This document shows positions 29,286-41,757 of a DNA stretch of 64,000 nt, in pieces. The stretch is taken from assembly GCA_020137815.1 (NCBI GenBank), contig CM035351.1, forward strand, positions 930,001 to 994,000. The letters are read 5' to 3'. The notes beneath the pieces are model-generated. The model had not been told where the DNA came from and made no database searches. It was given only the letters and a program-made list of their open reading frames with translations. Every line of letters starts with the position of its first letter. Positions within the stretch are counted from its first letter, which is position 1. Made by a program: the position numbers and the translations under genes. Source of the stretch: Hormiphora californensis. Lineage: Eukaryota > Animalia > Ctenophora.

Positions 29286-30173
29286 ATCCTGATAGGATAT
29301 ATAATAGGTAAATTAACCGAAAAAAGATTGTTCGAGGTAGCAAGCAAAACCAAGTGTTTAATAGAGAGGCGTATAATGAATCAAAGAGCTTGCTCCAGAG
29401 AGAGAGATAAAGTGAGAGAAAGTGTGAGAGAGGGTGCTCGCTCCAGAGAAAGAGAGAGGGGACATGCATGCTGGGATCACGTGATTGTGACGAGGTAACA
29501 AGCAGGCACGCTGGTACAAAAACAACTGCATGCCTCTCTCACACACTTGTCTATTTTTTCATGATACCCTAAATAAGATTTTTCCACGGCACATTCTAAT
29601 TCAAGTGAAGCTAGCAGTGATATGATATGAGAACGAAATCTTGCACCGATTCTACGGGTCCCGGACCCCGGTAAAAGGGTCTACGGCAAATCACTGGATT
29701 TCCAATATGGAACAATCACGAATTAGGTATCTGCAGGTGAGGGTAACAATTCAGACAGACTCAAGGCAAACGTAATGGCCACTGGCCGCTTTGTGGAAGC
29801 CTGTTCGCTTATTCCAAGTCCTAAAAGATAAGATGTGAGACCAAAACATGACAGAAAAGTTCACTTTAGCCTAATTTCGACGGCCGAGCTCGAGCCAGGT
29901 TTTTTCTAACAGTCTCGAGTATGGAATATATGATTTCTATTATGCATACCATGCTTAACTATTGTGTCTACGACCGAAAATTCATTCGAAACACGAAAAT
30001 GTGACAAAAATTCGGGAAATTCACAATTTTTGGCTTTTTGGTTTTAAAATTTTTCTTCGCGCGCGATCGCGTTCGATCAATCAATCGCGCGCATTGGAAG
30101 TTGTATGTAACGCGCGAAGTTAAAAATATTTTGCCGATGCACTTGAACGCGCGACGTCGCGTGATTTGATTAA

Positions 30174-30571
30174 ATAAGGAACCATAATAAAGTTCAAGAG
30201 CCTCCAAGAGCGCACCAGGTCCAAGAGCACACCAGGACCAGGAGAGCACCCCATCCAGAAGAGACCGCGCGCAAGGGATACCACGCGCAGAAGAGGCCGC
30301 ACGCGCAAATACAACGCCGCGCTGGTCTCTTCTGCGCGTGGTGTCCCCTGCGCGCGGTATCTTCTGGATGGGGAGCTCTCTTTGATGTGGTGCGCTCTTG
30401 GAGTGGTCTCTTCTGGATGTGGTACGCTCTTGGAGTGGTCTCTTCTGGATGTGGTACGCTCTTGGTTGTGGTCTCTTTTGGGTGTGGTGCGCTCTCAGGT
30501 GTGGTCTCTCTTCGATGGGGTGCGCTCTTGGGTGCTCTTGGAGGCTCTTGAACTTTATTATGGTTCCTTAT
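30174..30571. mobile_element. MITE with about 38-bp TIR and internal about 30-bp subrepeats, 50 bp upstream of the SDR gene
   Basis: ATAAGGAACCATAATAAAGTTCAAGAGCCTCCAAGAGC and its exact reverse complement at 30534-30571; TA at both ends. Confidence 0.8.
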
Positions 30572-30621
30572 AAAACAAAATTTCAGAAAAAAATCTGAAA
30601 AACTGAACCAGATTTAAAAAA

Positions 30622-31560
30622 ATGACCACCCTTCTCTCGTTTTTGGCTGAATTCCTCGCCTTCTTGGCATTTTGGGCATCGGAAACATTTCGAGAGCTAG
30701 CTTATGTCATTCTACGGAACAGGCCAAGGAAAGAAATCAAAGGATTGAATATTTTGATCACCGGGACAGCTTCTGGACTGGGGAGAGAAATCGCTCGCCT
30801 CCTTGCAAAAGATGGAAACACCCTCCACCTTGTGGACATTAACGAATCCCAGAACAAGATAGTCAAAGAAGAACTTGAGGTTCATGACTGTACTGTGTAT
30901 GCCTACCAATGTGACATCTCGAAAGAAATAGCGGTCGCTGAGCTCACTGAAAAGGTTCACCAACACTGCACCAAACTGGATCTACTGATCAACAATGCTG
31001 GGGTGATGATCGGTAAATTATTCACCGAGGAGTCACTGAAAGAGTTCCGATTTACCCAAGACGTTAATGTGCTGGGGGCGGTTTACCTTACCAAGGCGTT
31101 TCTGGGTGATTTTATGGGAGAACAACCGAAGGGTCATATTGCATTTATCTCCTCCCTCGGAGGTCTCACTTCTGCTCCGTACTCAACGTCATACTGCACG
31201 TCTAAGTATGGAATTACCGGTTTTATTCGCAGTCTTCAAGCGGATTTGGATTACCTAGGCCTGGGCGAGAAAATCAAATTAACCTCATTTTACCCACATT
31301 TTATCAACACTGGGCTTGTGGAAGGGTGCACGATTAAAGTTCCCGCCCTCTTCCCCCTCCTCGAGCCAGAGTGGGTCGCAGAACAGGTCGTCTTGGGGAT
31401 CAAGGAAAATAGAGAGGAAGTGATTTTACCAAAAGTTGCAGCACCTCTCCTGATAATGCAGCATTTCATGACAACTAAAGGGTTCAGGAGATTCTGTGAA
31501 CTACTCGGTAATGATATGATGAAAACCTTCCGCCAAACACGCAACCACGATATCAAGTAG
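30622..31560 (+). CDS. Short-chain dehydrogenase/reductase (SDR16C, retinol dehydrogenase/17beta-HSD11-like), intronless
   Basis: TGTASGLG, CDIS, NNAG, YCTSK, PHFINTG motifs; N-terminal hydrophobic anchor. Confidence 0.93.
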   Translation: MTTLLSFLAEFLAFLAFWASETFRELAYVILRNRPRKEIKGLNILITGTASGLGREIARLLAKDGNTLHLVDINESQNKIVKEELEVHDCTVYAYQCDISKEIAVAELTEKVHQHCTKLDLLINNAGVMIGKLFTEESLKEFRFTQDVNVLGAVYLTKAFLGDFMGEQPKGHIAFISSLGGLTSAPYSTSYCTSKYGITGFIRSLQADLDYLGLGEKIKLTSFYPHFINTGLVEGCTIKVPALFPLLEPEWVAEQVVLGIKENREEVILPKVAAPLLIMQHFMTTKGFRRFCELLGNDMMKTFRQTRNHDIK

Positions 31561-31791
31561 ATTTATAATGTATCGTGAATGAGGGGCATTTGTCTGGGAT
31601 GGGGAGACATGGAGTTGTACCTGATAATGTCGGTGAGAATGAATCGAGTGGTCTCGGTATTGTAGCTCTTGTACGTGGTAAATGGAGCTGTGCCAGAAGG
31701 GAGGGTGCACCCAGCACTAACTAGAGTGCTACTTGGAAGAGGGCCAGCTTGGGGAAGAAGGCCAGCCCTCTTTGTCACATACTCAGCTCCG

Positions 31792-31988
31792 TATTACTCC
31801 AGACATTATTACCGGGCTTTCGGCATGGGATGACACTAATAACTTCTTCTTTCATATTAGCGAAGTAATGAATTTGTTTTTTTTTTCAAGTGACAGGGTT
31901 TCATTTTAACTTTTTATATTCAGAAATTTGATATCATTTTCTGTATATGTTGGGATTATTAATACGAATTATTTTCAATTTAATAAAA
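31792..31988. repeat. Direct repeat, copy 1 (about 195 bp)
   Basis: Highly similar to 34679-34881. Confidence 0.9.
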
Positions 31989-32063
31989 ACTTTGTCACCT
32001 CAACATTTTCTTGGCTACTCATATCTTCAACTGCTAACCATTATCTGCCTAATTTCAGGTAGG

Positions 32064-34590
32064 ATGCTTGGTCGAAGCAGTTATCCACTGCAAGACCGTA
32101 ACCCTTCTCCTTGCCTGTGTGGAACGGTAATCGAGGAACCAGTTATCCAGTTCAGAGGGAGAAGGCGGTGCACCAAGGAAACCGGAATTGAAAGTGTCTC
32201 GTGTGGAACTTGTGGGCGTCTATATCACCCTCATTGTGTCTATGGCAGCTTGGAGCCTGAGTGGACCTGTCCTTCCTGTCTTGTTCTGGGCAGCAAGGGA
32301 GATGGACTCTTCCATATACTGAGGGATAGAATTCCAGACGGAGATTCAGTCACTGCATTCAAAGTCACTAAAGTACGTATAACTTTCCTGATTGGCTCTT
32401 CCTTTATTTATCGTTCTTAATTCATGTTATGTACACAAGAACTCTTATCTCTGTCCCAGGAAGGTATTTTCGTGGAAGAAGAGGGGATGAGAGATGAACC
32501 GGTGGAGCTTGTACAAAAGAGGAAACGCCGAAAGCTTGATATTGAGGATTTGACAGCTTCGGTTCGTGCTGAAAGATTTCTTTTAAACTGTAATTTGAGA
32601 GGTTTTTCCTCGACATCAACCCATTGACTGCAAACGTGTTTGATTTATGTTTTCTAACAATTATTAAGGCCAGAGGGGGGGGGGTCGACCCTGAAATATT
32701 TTGCTCCATAACGGTGCACGCTCTTGTATATGTCATTTCGGGGGGGGGGGGGGGGGGCTTCAGCCGGCCCATTCACTCACGTAAAAACTGAAATCGACCC
32801 AAAATTAGGGGTCGACCACCCCCCTCTGAATCCCGTATTTTTCTTAGGTTGTACCCTCGATCGATTGCCTACCCGTGGAGGTTATAGAATCTATTCTTAT
32901 TCTTATAAGCGATTCTTCAGATGATCTGGGGCAATGTGCCAAAGTCTGCAAGAGTTGGAAATCCATCATTGAAGGTATAACTAACTGTACACCTTGACGG
33001 TGGCCTACTTTTGTTTAAGTTTAGCTGATCTATTATAAAATCTACTGCCGTCGTAAACCCCACAGGGAGGTTTCATAAATTAACACTTCCTTGTGGGTTT
33101 CATTCCATACGGGGTCTGCTACGCTTCCCTTCATTACAGCGTGAAACCTAGTGTACATTCATACCGCGTCTATATTTTTACACGTGATTTCTCTCTTTCA
33201 GATAGCTCTTTTTGGCCAAAGATTTGGATAGCGGCTTGCCCGGCCAAAGATAGGCGAAACGAATGTGGAACTTGAAGATTCTGTTGGGCCTGGTCCACAC
33301 ACCTGGTTCCAACATACCAGGTACAACAGATCCGACGACTACTACTACGACGAATATGACGACTACGAAGAAGAAGAAGAAGAAGAAGGACTTCAGCGGG
33401 TGGAAGAATGTGTGGTGTCTGATTCTGGAAAGTACATCGCTTTTGTATTAACTTACACTTGCCGTACATATAAATAGGTCCAGATATGATTATAAGGACT
33501 GTTCAGTCCTGGCGGTGGTTCTTGTTGAGCAGAATTGTAAGGTCAAAGTCATCAATGATCTTAGATACGTCGACAACGTCGGCGATACATCTATAGGGAT
33601 ACAAGGCCAAGGATTCAGTCCATCGGAAAAAATTCTGGCGACTTACCAAACTGCAGAAGTGAGATATACCGCAGATGACGAAATTCTGTTGTACAGCGTC
33701 CCTGGCTTCTCCCTATGTCACAGAATCTCAATGTCGGGGAAGAACTATTATCGATGGCTAGATGCTCCATGGCTCGGTGAAAGAACAATCCTGACGAAAT
33801 CAATCTGTAAGAAATACCTGTTTGAAATTTATTCCCTTACAGACGGAGAAAATAAAGTACTTGTTAACTCTTCCAAATCTGATGTTGTTCAGGGTAGTAA
33901 TGGGGCAGTGGATTATAAGATTTTAGACAACAGAACGACGGGGAAAAAGGAGTTAGTATGGATTGATGAAGATGCAACGATGTGGAAGCAGCCGATTGAG
34001 GGTCACCGAAATGATTCCGATCATCAATGTGAGAACTGTACTGGGGGAAATTGTTTGATTGAAGACTATACTTCATGGAAATGTGGAAGACTTTAGCGCT
34101 GATATGGACGTAAATCAGAGACTAAGCTTTTCAATGAAATTATTCAATCCAGATAGGATTGATAGGAGATACTACACATTCAACATCTTCACCAAGATTG
34201 ACGGCAGAATACTTGTACAATTTGACAATCGTGATCATGTCCCGACTATAGTCGAGTTCGACCTGTCGCTCTGCTTGGTTCGACAATTGCCTATGAACCA
34301 ATTATTTGGCGGAAACTTTATTCGCCCGGCTGGTGATTTTTACTGGAGGTCCTACCATGACAGCGGACACGTTCCTAAGTTGAGTATCGTTGGAGTTGTG
34401 AGGAAGACAAAAACGTCTATAATCCAACTTCTGTGCTCTTTCTGTGGGATGCCCAGAACGAATGTGTAACTGCCCGAAGATATATCGATGTATGTGAAAG
34501 CTGGCTCCTGTCCCCAAATTGTAAATGGATGGCTCAGCGAACGAATGATGAAAAAGACTTGTTTGTTATTCGGTTCCGCAGTTAGGGTCA
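32064..34590 (+). pseudogene. PHD-finger + F-box-like + beta-propeller-like gene, frameshifted
   Basis: CLCG...CGTCGRLYHPHC...WTCPSC (PHD C4HC3); exon 32921-32973 DLGQCAKVCKSWKSIIE joined to DSSFW (F-box end); long downstream beta-rich ORF pieces in shifting frames. Confidence 0.6.
32671..32829. mobile_element. Small MITE in intron
   Basis: CAGAGGGGGG...GTCGACCC / GGGTCGAC...CCCCCCTCTG inverted termini. Confidence 0.55.
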
Positions 34591-34678
34591 AATTGCAACT
34601 ATTTTATTACAGATTATGAATTATCTAATACATATCTATGTTTTTAATTTAATTAATATTATCAAATATTATACTCTG

Positions 34679-34881
34679 CATTACTGCAGACCGTCATTAC
34701 CGGGCGTTCACCATTACTGCATGGGATGACACTAATAACTTCTTCTTTCATATTAGCAAAGTAATGAAATTGTTGTTTTTCAAGTGACAGGGTTTCATTT
34801 TAACTTTTTATATTCAGAAATTTGATATCATTTTCTGTATATGTTGGGATAATTCAACGAATTGTTTTCAATTTAATAAAA
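34679..34881. repeat. Direct repeat, copy 2
   Basis: Highly similar to 31792-31988. Confidence 0.9.
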
Positions 34882-35334
34882 TGCAACTTGTTTTCATCTC
34901 CCCCTACCCTGGTGAAGCCTTAGATAAGCCATAAGAAGGGTTCATAGATAAGAGATAAATTAGATTAGACTACCAGACATTGTTTTAACTCTGTCTAACC
35001 GGCCTATAATATTAGGGCCACGTCACAATGCGTGATTCATGTTATCCTGTTCTTCTCCTGCAAGTTTGAGTGAGACCTGCACCGTGCGGCTTGTTTTTGT
35101 GTCCTCTGTTGCCCAGTAAACTTTGTAAAATAGACATTAAATGTCTATTCTACAAAGTTTACTGGGTAACAGTTTGAAACTGAACCTATTCTCCTCTCTA
35201 AATCCTTTATTGTGGCCCTATTTTCCGCTCCAATAGGTTCCTTGACTAAATTATCCTTCCAAATAGTGCCCCATAATCCCCTGTTTAGCTCTTATCATCT
35301 TCATTCACCCTCCTCTCTCCCAGTAATAGCAGTG

Positions 35335-37467
35335 ATGGGAGGTCAGCAGGGTGATGTCAAACTCGTGGTATCGATCCTGATAGTTCTGTTTGGTATGGGT
35401 AGTTGGGTGGCTATTAATGGAGTCTGGGCAGAGCTGCCTATCCTGGTATCCAGTCTCCCTGAACACTGGAATCTCCCAACATACCTTGTCCTCATCGTAC
35501 AGGTGAGAGAGAGTAGTAGTAGTAGAGGTTGTCATACTACAACATGTCACATGACTGTAAAATCCCGCACACGCTGCTCAAGTTATCTTACCGGGCCTTT
35601 GGGTGAAATTTGAGAAAAGTGATAAGGGATGTCAAAGAGAAAAATTATCCCCTATCTCCCAACCTTAGGTAAAGGTATTGGAGATAGTCAAGATGATATT
35701 TGACTTTTTGAGTAGTATTTCTTTGATCAAATTTCTGGTGAAAGTTTTTCTTTGACCACATAGTACAATCAAATATTTGCAAATTGGGCTAGGTATCTCA
35801 GCTATGTAAGTACTACATTCCAAAGGGGGGAGATAGTGCTATACATAATATCATCTCGTGCTGAATCAATTGCAAAAAGTCACGTTGAAATTACATTACA
35901 ACTAAAACACCTGGCCCCTTCTTTCACAAAATTTGTAGTCCTAGTTTTTTAAGGAAAAGTTATCTCTCCTGCCAGATAAATCATGTTTCGAGGAAATGTT
36001 AGGGCACAGAGAACAAATTACATGTAATCTGCAGCTTTCTTTGATTATAGCCGCCTCAGCAGGTAGTGGCCGCTAGTGTGTGGTTGATAAACATTGTTTA
36101 TACAACCCACAATCTTTTATAAACATCACAGGCCCAACATAAAAACCTGCTGAGAGAGGGCACACTCTGGTTGGCAGGGGTGATGTCAATAAATTTCTAG
36201 GGAACTTTCAAACACAAATATAGAACACCTGACTCGTAAACTAATTATTGGTTGAGTTGAGTGAGAAAGCCCAAAGACACCCAAAACCCTCCACTGGCTC
36301 CACTCCCTTTTCTACTGCTCACATAACTCCCCTCCATTATTTCAGGCAGCCAACGCAGGACCCCTCCTATTTACCCTCCTACGGCACAAGAGTAAGCGTC
36401 TAGCTAGCCTCAAGTTCACTGCCTACATAATCCTAGGGCTCGGATTCATTGCAGCGGTCCTTCTCTCCCAACTATGGTCCCACACTGCCGTGGTGGGCGG
36501 TGAAGAGTCAAGTGTGGCACTTCTCTCCCTGGCCTTCATGTTCGCTCTCCTAGATTGCACCTCATCTGTTGTATTCCTGCCCTTCATGGCTAAATACCCT
36601 CCCGGCTACATGGTTCCCTTCTACGTGGGTGAGGGTATGAGTGGTGTGGCACCCTCTCTCCTGGCACTCATCCAAGGGGCTGGAGGGGACACCTGCTCTA
36701 ACACCACAACCAACACCACAACCTTGGAGCAGCTGAGGAGAGTGGTCCTAGAATTAGTGTTGGAGTCTACTTTCGGTCTTCTCTCTGGGCTGATCGCACT
36801 ATCCGGTATAGCATTTCATCTGCTCAACACCCTGGATGTGTCCCTCACTTCCAGGTACACCTATATCAGATCCAGCTCCCCGGGCAGCACAGAGGAGGAG
36901 AATGAGGAGGACGCTCTGAGAGAGACACGAGTTGTTGAGGTGTATCACCAACCCAGCCCAAAGGAGCACCAGAATCAAGTTCACACAGTTGTTCCTATAT
37001 ACAGCACTGATAGCAGGGCTAGGTAATGGTGTTAATACCTGCAATACTCTCCTACGCGTGCCTCCCGTTCGGACCTACTGCCTACCATTTAGCAACTGAG
37101 TTGTCCTCTCCTTGCTAATCCTCTCTGTTGTTTCCTAGCGTTCTATATCCCCTGTAAGAGGCCAGCCCTGCTGGGTGCCCTCACTGCATGGTGTGTTGTG
37201 GTAGCTGGTATAATCCTCTACACTGCCTCCCTATCCCCCACGCCCTGGCTGGTAGGAACCAACTCTGGATCTGTCCTGATTGTCCTGATCTGTGTAGCAT
37301 GGACTGGCTCTACTTCCTATGTCAAGGTGAATGTGGCTAGCATTCTCCAGAGGTATGGCGAGAACCCCCTCTTGTATTGTGGTGTGGTGACACAGTTAGG
37401 GTCGTGTGTTGGTGCTGTGGTTATATTCCTGGTGAACAAGTATGCCCAGTCCTTTACACCGTGTTAG
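35335..37467 (+). CDS. SLC52 riboflavin transporter; exons 35335-35502, 36346-37467 (three single-base frameshifts near 36975-37110)
   Basis: [80 protein letters not shown] motifs. Confidence 0.9.
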
Positions 37468-37482
37468 TGGGACATCTTGCCA

Positions 37483-38754
37483 TGACCTCATATTTTTGGG
37501 GGGCAAGCTAATTCCTTCACTAAATGTTAGCCAGGGACCTCCTAAGCCACCAAAAAAAAGTCCTAAGCTCTACCCGTTGGGGGGAGGTCATTTCCGGGCC
37601 ACGCCCTTTTAAGCCAAAAGCGTAACTACCGTTAGGAAAGGAGTAGAGACAAAATTAAGGGCACCAAAGTGTTCAGCGTCCTCGAATTAGTGGGGGTACG
37701 TGCCGGAATTAAGTCTCTATCTCATCTGGTTGATTAGATAATTAGATAATTAGGAATGCGCATAGCCGTTTGCTGGCCATATGGCTATAGCCATTTTAGG
37801 AAAGGAGTAGAGACAAAACCAAGGGCATTAAAATGTGTAGCGTCCTCGCATTAGTGGGGGTAGGTGCCGGAATTAAGTCTCTATCTCATCTGGTTAATTA
37901 GATAATTGGATAATTAGGTCTGTACATAACCGTTTTTTGGCTATATGGCTATAGCCACTTAGGAATGGTTTAGAGACTTTTCACTGGTGCCATTTTATTC
38001 AGAAATAAATTTTAATCTAAGAGTTGTGGAAAAATTTAGGCTCTATCTCTTACCGTTTTGGCGTTATTTGCGGTCAAAGAAGGCCAAATCAACCAAAAAT
38101 GCCAAAAAAATGGGGGGATAATTGGCCGAAAATGCCAAAATTGAGTAAATTGGCCTTCTTTGACCGCAAATAACGCCAAAACGGTAAGAGATAGAGCCTA
38201 AATTTTTCCACAACTCTTAGATTAAAATTTATTTCTGAACAAAATGGCACCAGTGAAAAGTCTCTAAACCATTCCTAAGTGGCTATAGCCATATAGCCAA
38301 AAAACGGTTATGTACAGACCTAATTATCCAATTATCTAATTAACCAGATGAGATAGAGACTTAATTCCGGCACCTACCCCCACTAATGCGAGGACGCTAC
38401 ACATTTTAATGCCCTTGGTTTTGTCTCTACTCCTTTCCTAAAATGGCTATAGCCATATGGCCAGCAAACGGCTATGCGCATTCCTAATTATCTAATTATC
38501 TAATCAACCAGATGAGATAGAGACTTAATTCCGGCACCTACCCCCACTAATTCGAGGACGCTGAACACTTTGGTGCCCTTAATTTTGTCTCTACTCCTTT
38601 CCTAACGGTAGTTACGCTTTTGGCTTAAAAGGGCGTGGCCCGGAAATGACCTCCCCCCAACGGGTAGAGCTTAGGACTTTTTTTTGGTGGCTTAGGAGGT
38701 CCCTGGCTAACATTTAGTGAAGGAATTAGCTTGCCCCCCAAAAATATGAGGTCA
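37483..38754. mobile_element. 1.27-kb foldback element with about 605-bp near-perfect inverted arms
   Basis: TGACCTCATATTTTTGGGGGGCAAGC... / ...GCTTGCCCCCCAAAAATATGAGGTCA; about 60-bp spacer near 38090-38150; internal about 165-bp duplication in each arm. Confidence 0.9.
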
Positions 38755-38787
38755 AGCCGTATTTTTACAAGAATTCAATAGATTAAT

Positions 38788-39007
38788 AATGGAAACTGAG
38801 TTTTACACCCTGCTAGTGGACTATAATGGAAACTGAGTTTTACACCCTGCTAGTGGACTATAATGGAAACTGAGTTTTACACCGTGCTAGTGGACTATAA
38901 TGGAAACTGAGTTTTACACCCTGCTAGTGGAATATAATGGAAACTGAGTTTTACACCCTGCTAGTGGAATATAATGGACACTGATTTTTACACCGTGCTA
39001 GTGGACA
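38788..39007. repeat. 37-bp minisatellite, 6 copies
   Basis: AATGGAAACTGAGTTTTACACCCTGCTAGTGGACTAT head-to-tail. Confidence 0.95.
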
Positions 39008-39694
39008 CTGGACACTGCTAGACCCCCAGTGGAAGGCAACTCGTTCTGGTGACACAATAAGAACACTTCCTTTTTCTTCCGAGGATTAGAGGACTGGTGT
39101 TGAGATACTAGGTCAATGTTAGGACTAAATTAGAAAGTGTGTTAATTTTATTGTTACATATATTATCATTATTATTATGCCCTGCTTTTAGATTTTGAAC
39201 GTGGCCCCTGCTTGCAGAGTATAGAGCGCGACCCTCGCCTTTTTTTACATTTGATCCGCTTGTTGTAAAAAGTGTGCAATAATTTATTACGCTGTTATTT
39301 GTCCGTTTCGTTACACAAACATTCTCGTCGTATGTGACTTGTTGTAAAATTTGCAGAAGCAAAGTGGAAGGGTTTAATTACAATGAATTGACAAGCAAAA
39401 TGTTCCGGAACGTTTGTGAACGTAGCGCGCGGTGACACGGTTATGGACTGAGCGGCGCGCGAGGTGATGAAGGCACGCGCAATTCCAATTTACTTTCTCG
39501 CCGCGCAGTCAAATCCAAACATGAAATTTTGATGCGCGCGTTGAAATTCCAATCTCGGCTGAACTTGCCCGAAAGCTCACTTTTCGCAAATCACTTTTAA
39601 ACTCGTTCTTTGCAACACCGCCAAGATTGATCTCAACGCTTACAACCACCTTTCTGGTCTCGCTGACGTCGTTCCCGGCCAACAAGTTGATAAT

Positions 39695-40609
39695 ATGACT
39701 GACGAACCCACTACTGGCCGATTTACCTGTCCCCTGTGCACGGAGAACCGCACCTACAAATACAAGCACGGCCTGGTTGGACACATGAAGAAGAAACACG
39801 CCCATTGCATGGAGGAGAACTCTGCCCCGCCTACCATGGTAGCTGCCATGTCATCCTTTGCGTGTGATTACCGGTGTGCGCTGTGTGACAAAGCCTTCAC
39901 CTGCAGCTACTCCCTCCACCGCCACATCCTAAGCCATGCCTCCACCAGTGGTGACAGTACCACTGAGCTGACCTGTAAACGACCCGATTGCGGAATGAAG
40001 TTCACCTCGGACGCCTCGCTCCGAGCCCACGTGGAGAACATGCACATGGAGAAGAAGTTCCCGTGTCGCATCTGTGCCAAAATGTTTACCCGCATCGGAA
40101 ACCTCACCCGCCACATGAAGATCCATGAAAACATGAGGGAGTTCCAGTGCAAGCTGTGCGGCAAGGATTTCACCCAGCGTGCCCATCTGGACAAGCACAT
40201 GATGATCCACTTCCGAGAGTGCCCCGAGTGTCCCAAGTGTCACAAAGTCTTCCTGAAGCTGAAAAACTTTAGCGGGCATGTCAACAACATCCGCAGCAAG
40301 AGCGGGAACTGCAAGAATAAGAGGACTAACGATGAAAATAGCCACGAGGATCAGTACGAATCTCCCACCTTCGTTAACTGGATCAAGTGCCCTATTTGTT
40401 TCCTATCCCATCGAGATGAGAAGAAACTAAAAGTTCACATCAATGAGGTTCATCATGTCACCAACACCTGCCCTCTGTGCGGGGTGAGACACATCAAGTT
40501 CGAGAAAATGGTGAAACATTTGAAGGAGTGCTACTGTGAGAGAGCCGCTGCCACAGCCACCGCATCCATTCTGGATAGTTTGGTTACCCTTCCATATGTT
40601 AACGTTTGA
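39695..40609 (+). CDS. C2H2 zinc-finger protein, intronless, 304 aa
   Basis: At least six CxxC...HxxxH fingers, e.g. FPCRICAKMFTRIGNLTRHMKIH. Confidence 0.92.
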   Translation: MTDEPTTGRFTCPLCTENRTYKYKHGLVGHMKKKHAHCMEENSAPPTMVAAMSSFACDYRCALCDKAFTCSYSLHRHILSHASTSGDSTTELTCKRPDCGMKFTSDASLRAHVENMHMEKKFPCRICAKMFTRIGNLTRHMKIHENMREFQCKLCGKDFTQRAHLDKHMMIHFRECPECPKCHKVFLKLKNFSGHVNNIRSKSGNCKNKRTNDENSHEDQYESPTFVNWIKCPICFLSHRDEKKLKVHINEVHHVTNTCPLCGVRHIKFEKMVKHLKECYCERAAATATASILDSLVTLPYVNV

Positions 40610-40799
40610 AGAGATATGACGGACACTTCAATACAAACTTGTTAATTCATCTTGAGAGAAAGAGAAAGTGACTCTGTTAACGTCGGTAATAAGGGACTTC
40701 TAATTGATTGATTACCCCGTGATTCTGAGAGACATTATAGCACTGATCGAGTGGAAATATGTGTTGTTGTTTGAAAGACTTTCACGGTAGATGTTTAGA

Positions 40800-41012
40800 G
40801 TAAGAAAGAGAGAGAAATAAAATTATTAAAAAGAGAGAGAAATGGGGTCACCGTATGAGGGAAGAACTCACAAAGAGAGAGTGAGAGAGAGAGTGAGAGA
40901 GAGAGAGAGAGAGAGAGTATGTGCGTTTGTTTGTGTGTGCGAGAGAGAAAGAGAGAGTATTTGTGTGTAAGAACGGCAGCCTGAGCTAGCAAGAGAGAGA
41001 AAGAGAGAGAGA

Positions 41013-41051
<39 letters not shown>

Positions 41052-41406
41052 GAAATTAGTGATGAGAGAGGGAGAGAGCCAATGTGTGCGTGAGACGCAG
41101 AGAGAGAGAGAGAGAGGGGGGGGAAGAGAGAGTGTGTCCGCACAGCTGAGCGAAAGAGAGAGAGAGAGCGCAGAGAGAGAAAGAGAAAGAGCATTAGAGA
41201 GAGAGGAAAAGAGAGTTATATCGAGTGAGCGACGAGGGAGAGATAAAAGGAGAGAGAGAAGGGGAAGTAATTAGAGAACAAGAGGGAGAGAGAGGGAGAG
41301 AGATAGAGAGAGAGAGAGGGCGGTGGCGAGAGAGAGAGGGAGAGAGAAATGGAGTTAGTGTCATAGAGAAGGAGAGATTTATATAGAGAAAAGAAAGAGG
41401 GAGACC

Positions 41407-41439
<33 letters not shown>

Positions 41440-41575
41440 CACACGCGTGAGAGGAGAGGAGGAGAGATACATAGAGAAAGAATGAATAGAGAGAGACATA
41501 TATGACCAAAGGAGAGAGAGGCAGAGAGAGAAATATAGAACGCACACGCGTGATGGAGGGAGAGAGAGAGAGAGT

Positions 41576-41629
<54 letters not shown>

Positions 41630-41695
41630 GAGAGAAATATAAGAAGAGAGAGAAAGTGTTTGAGATTGAGACACTTACGTTGGTATGTCTGTGTG

Positions 41696-41757
<62 letters not shown>

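Noticed and set aside
36970-37115. Programmed frameshifting or pseudogenisation of SLC52 (likewise DHX9, GPCR, ZNF608-like)
   Set aside because: Single-base indels, often in short runs, are scattered through conserved essential genes; sequencing error is more parsimonious
38788-39007. 37-bp repeat as CRISPR
   Set aside because: No spacers
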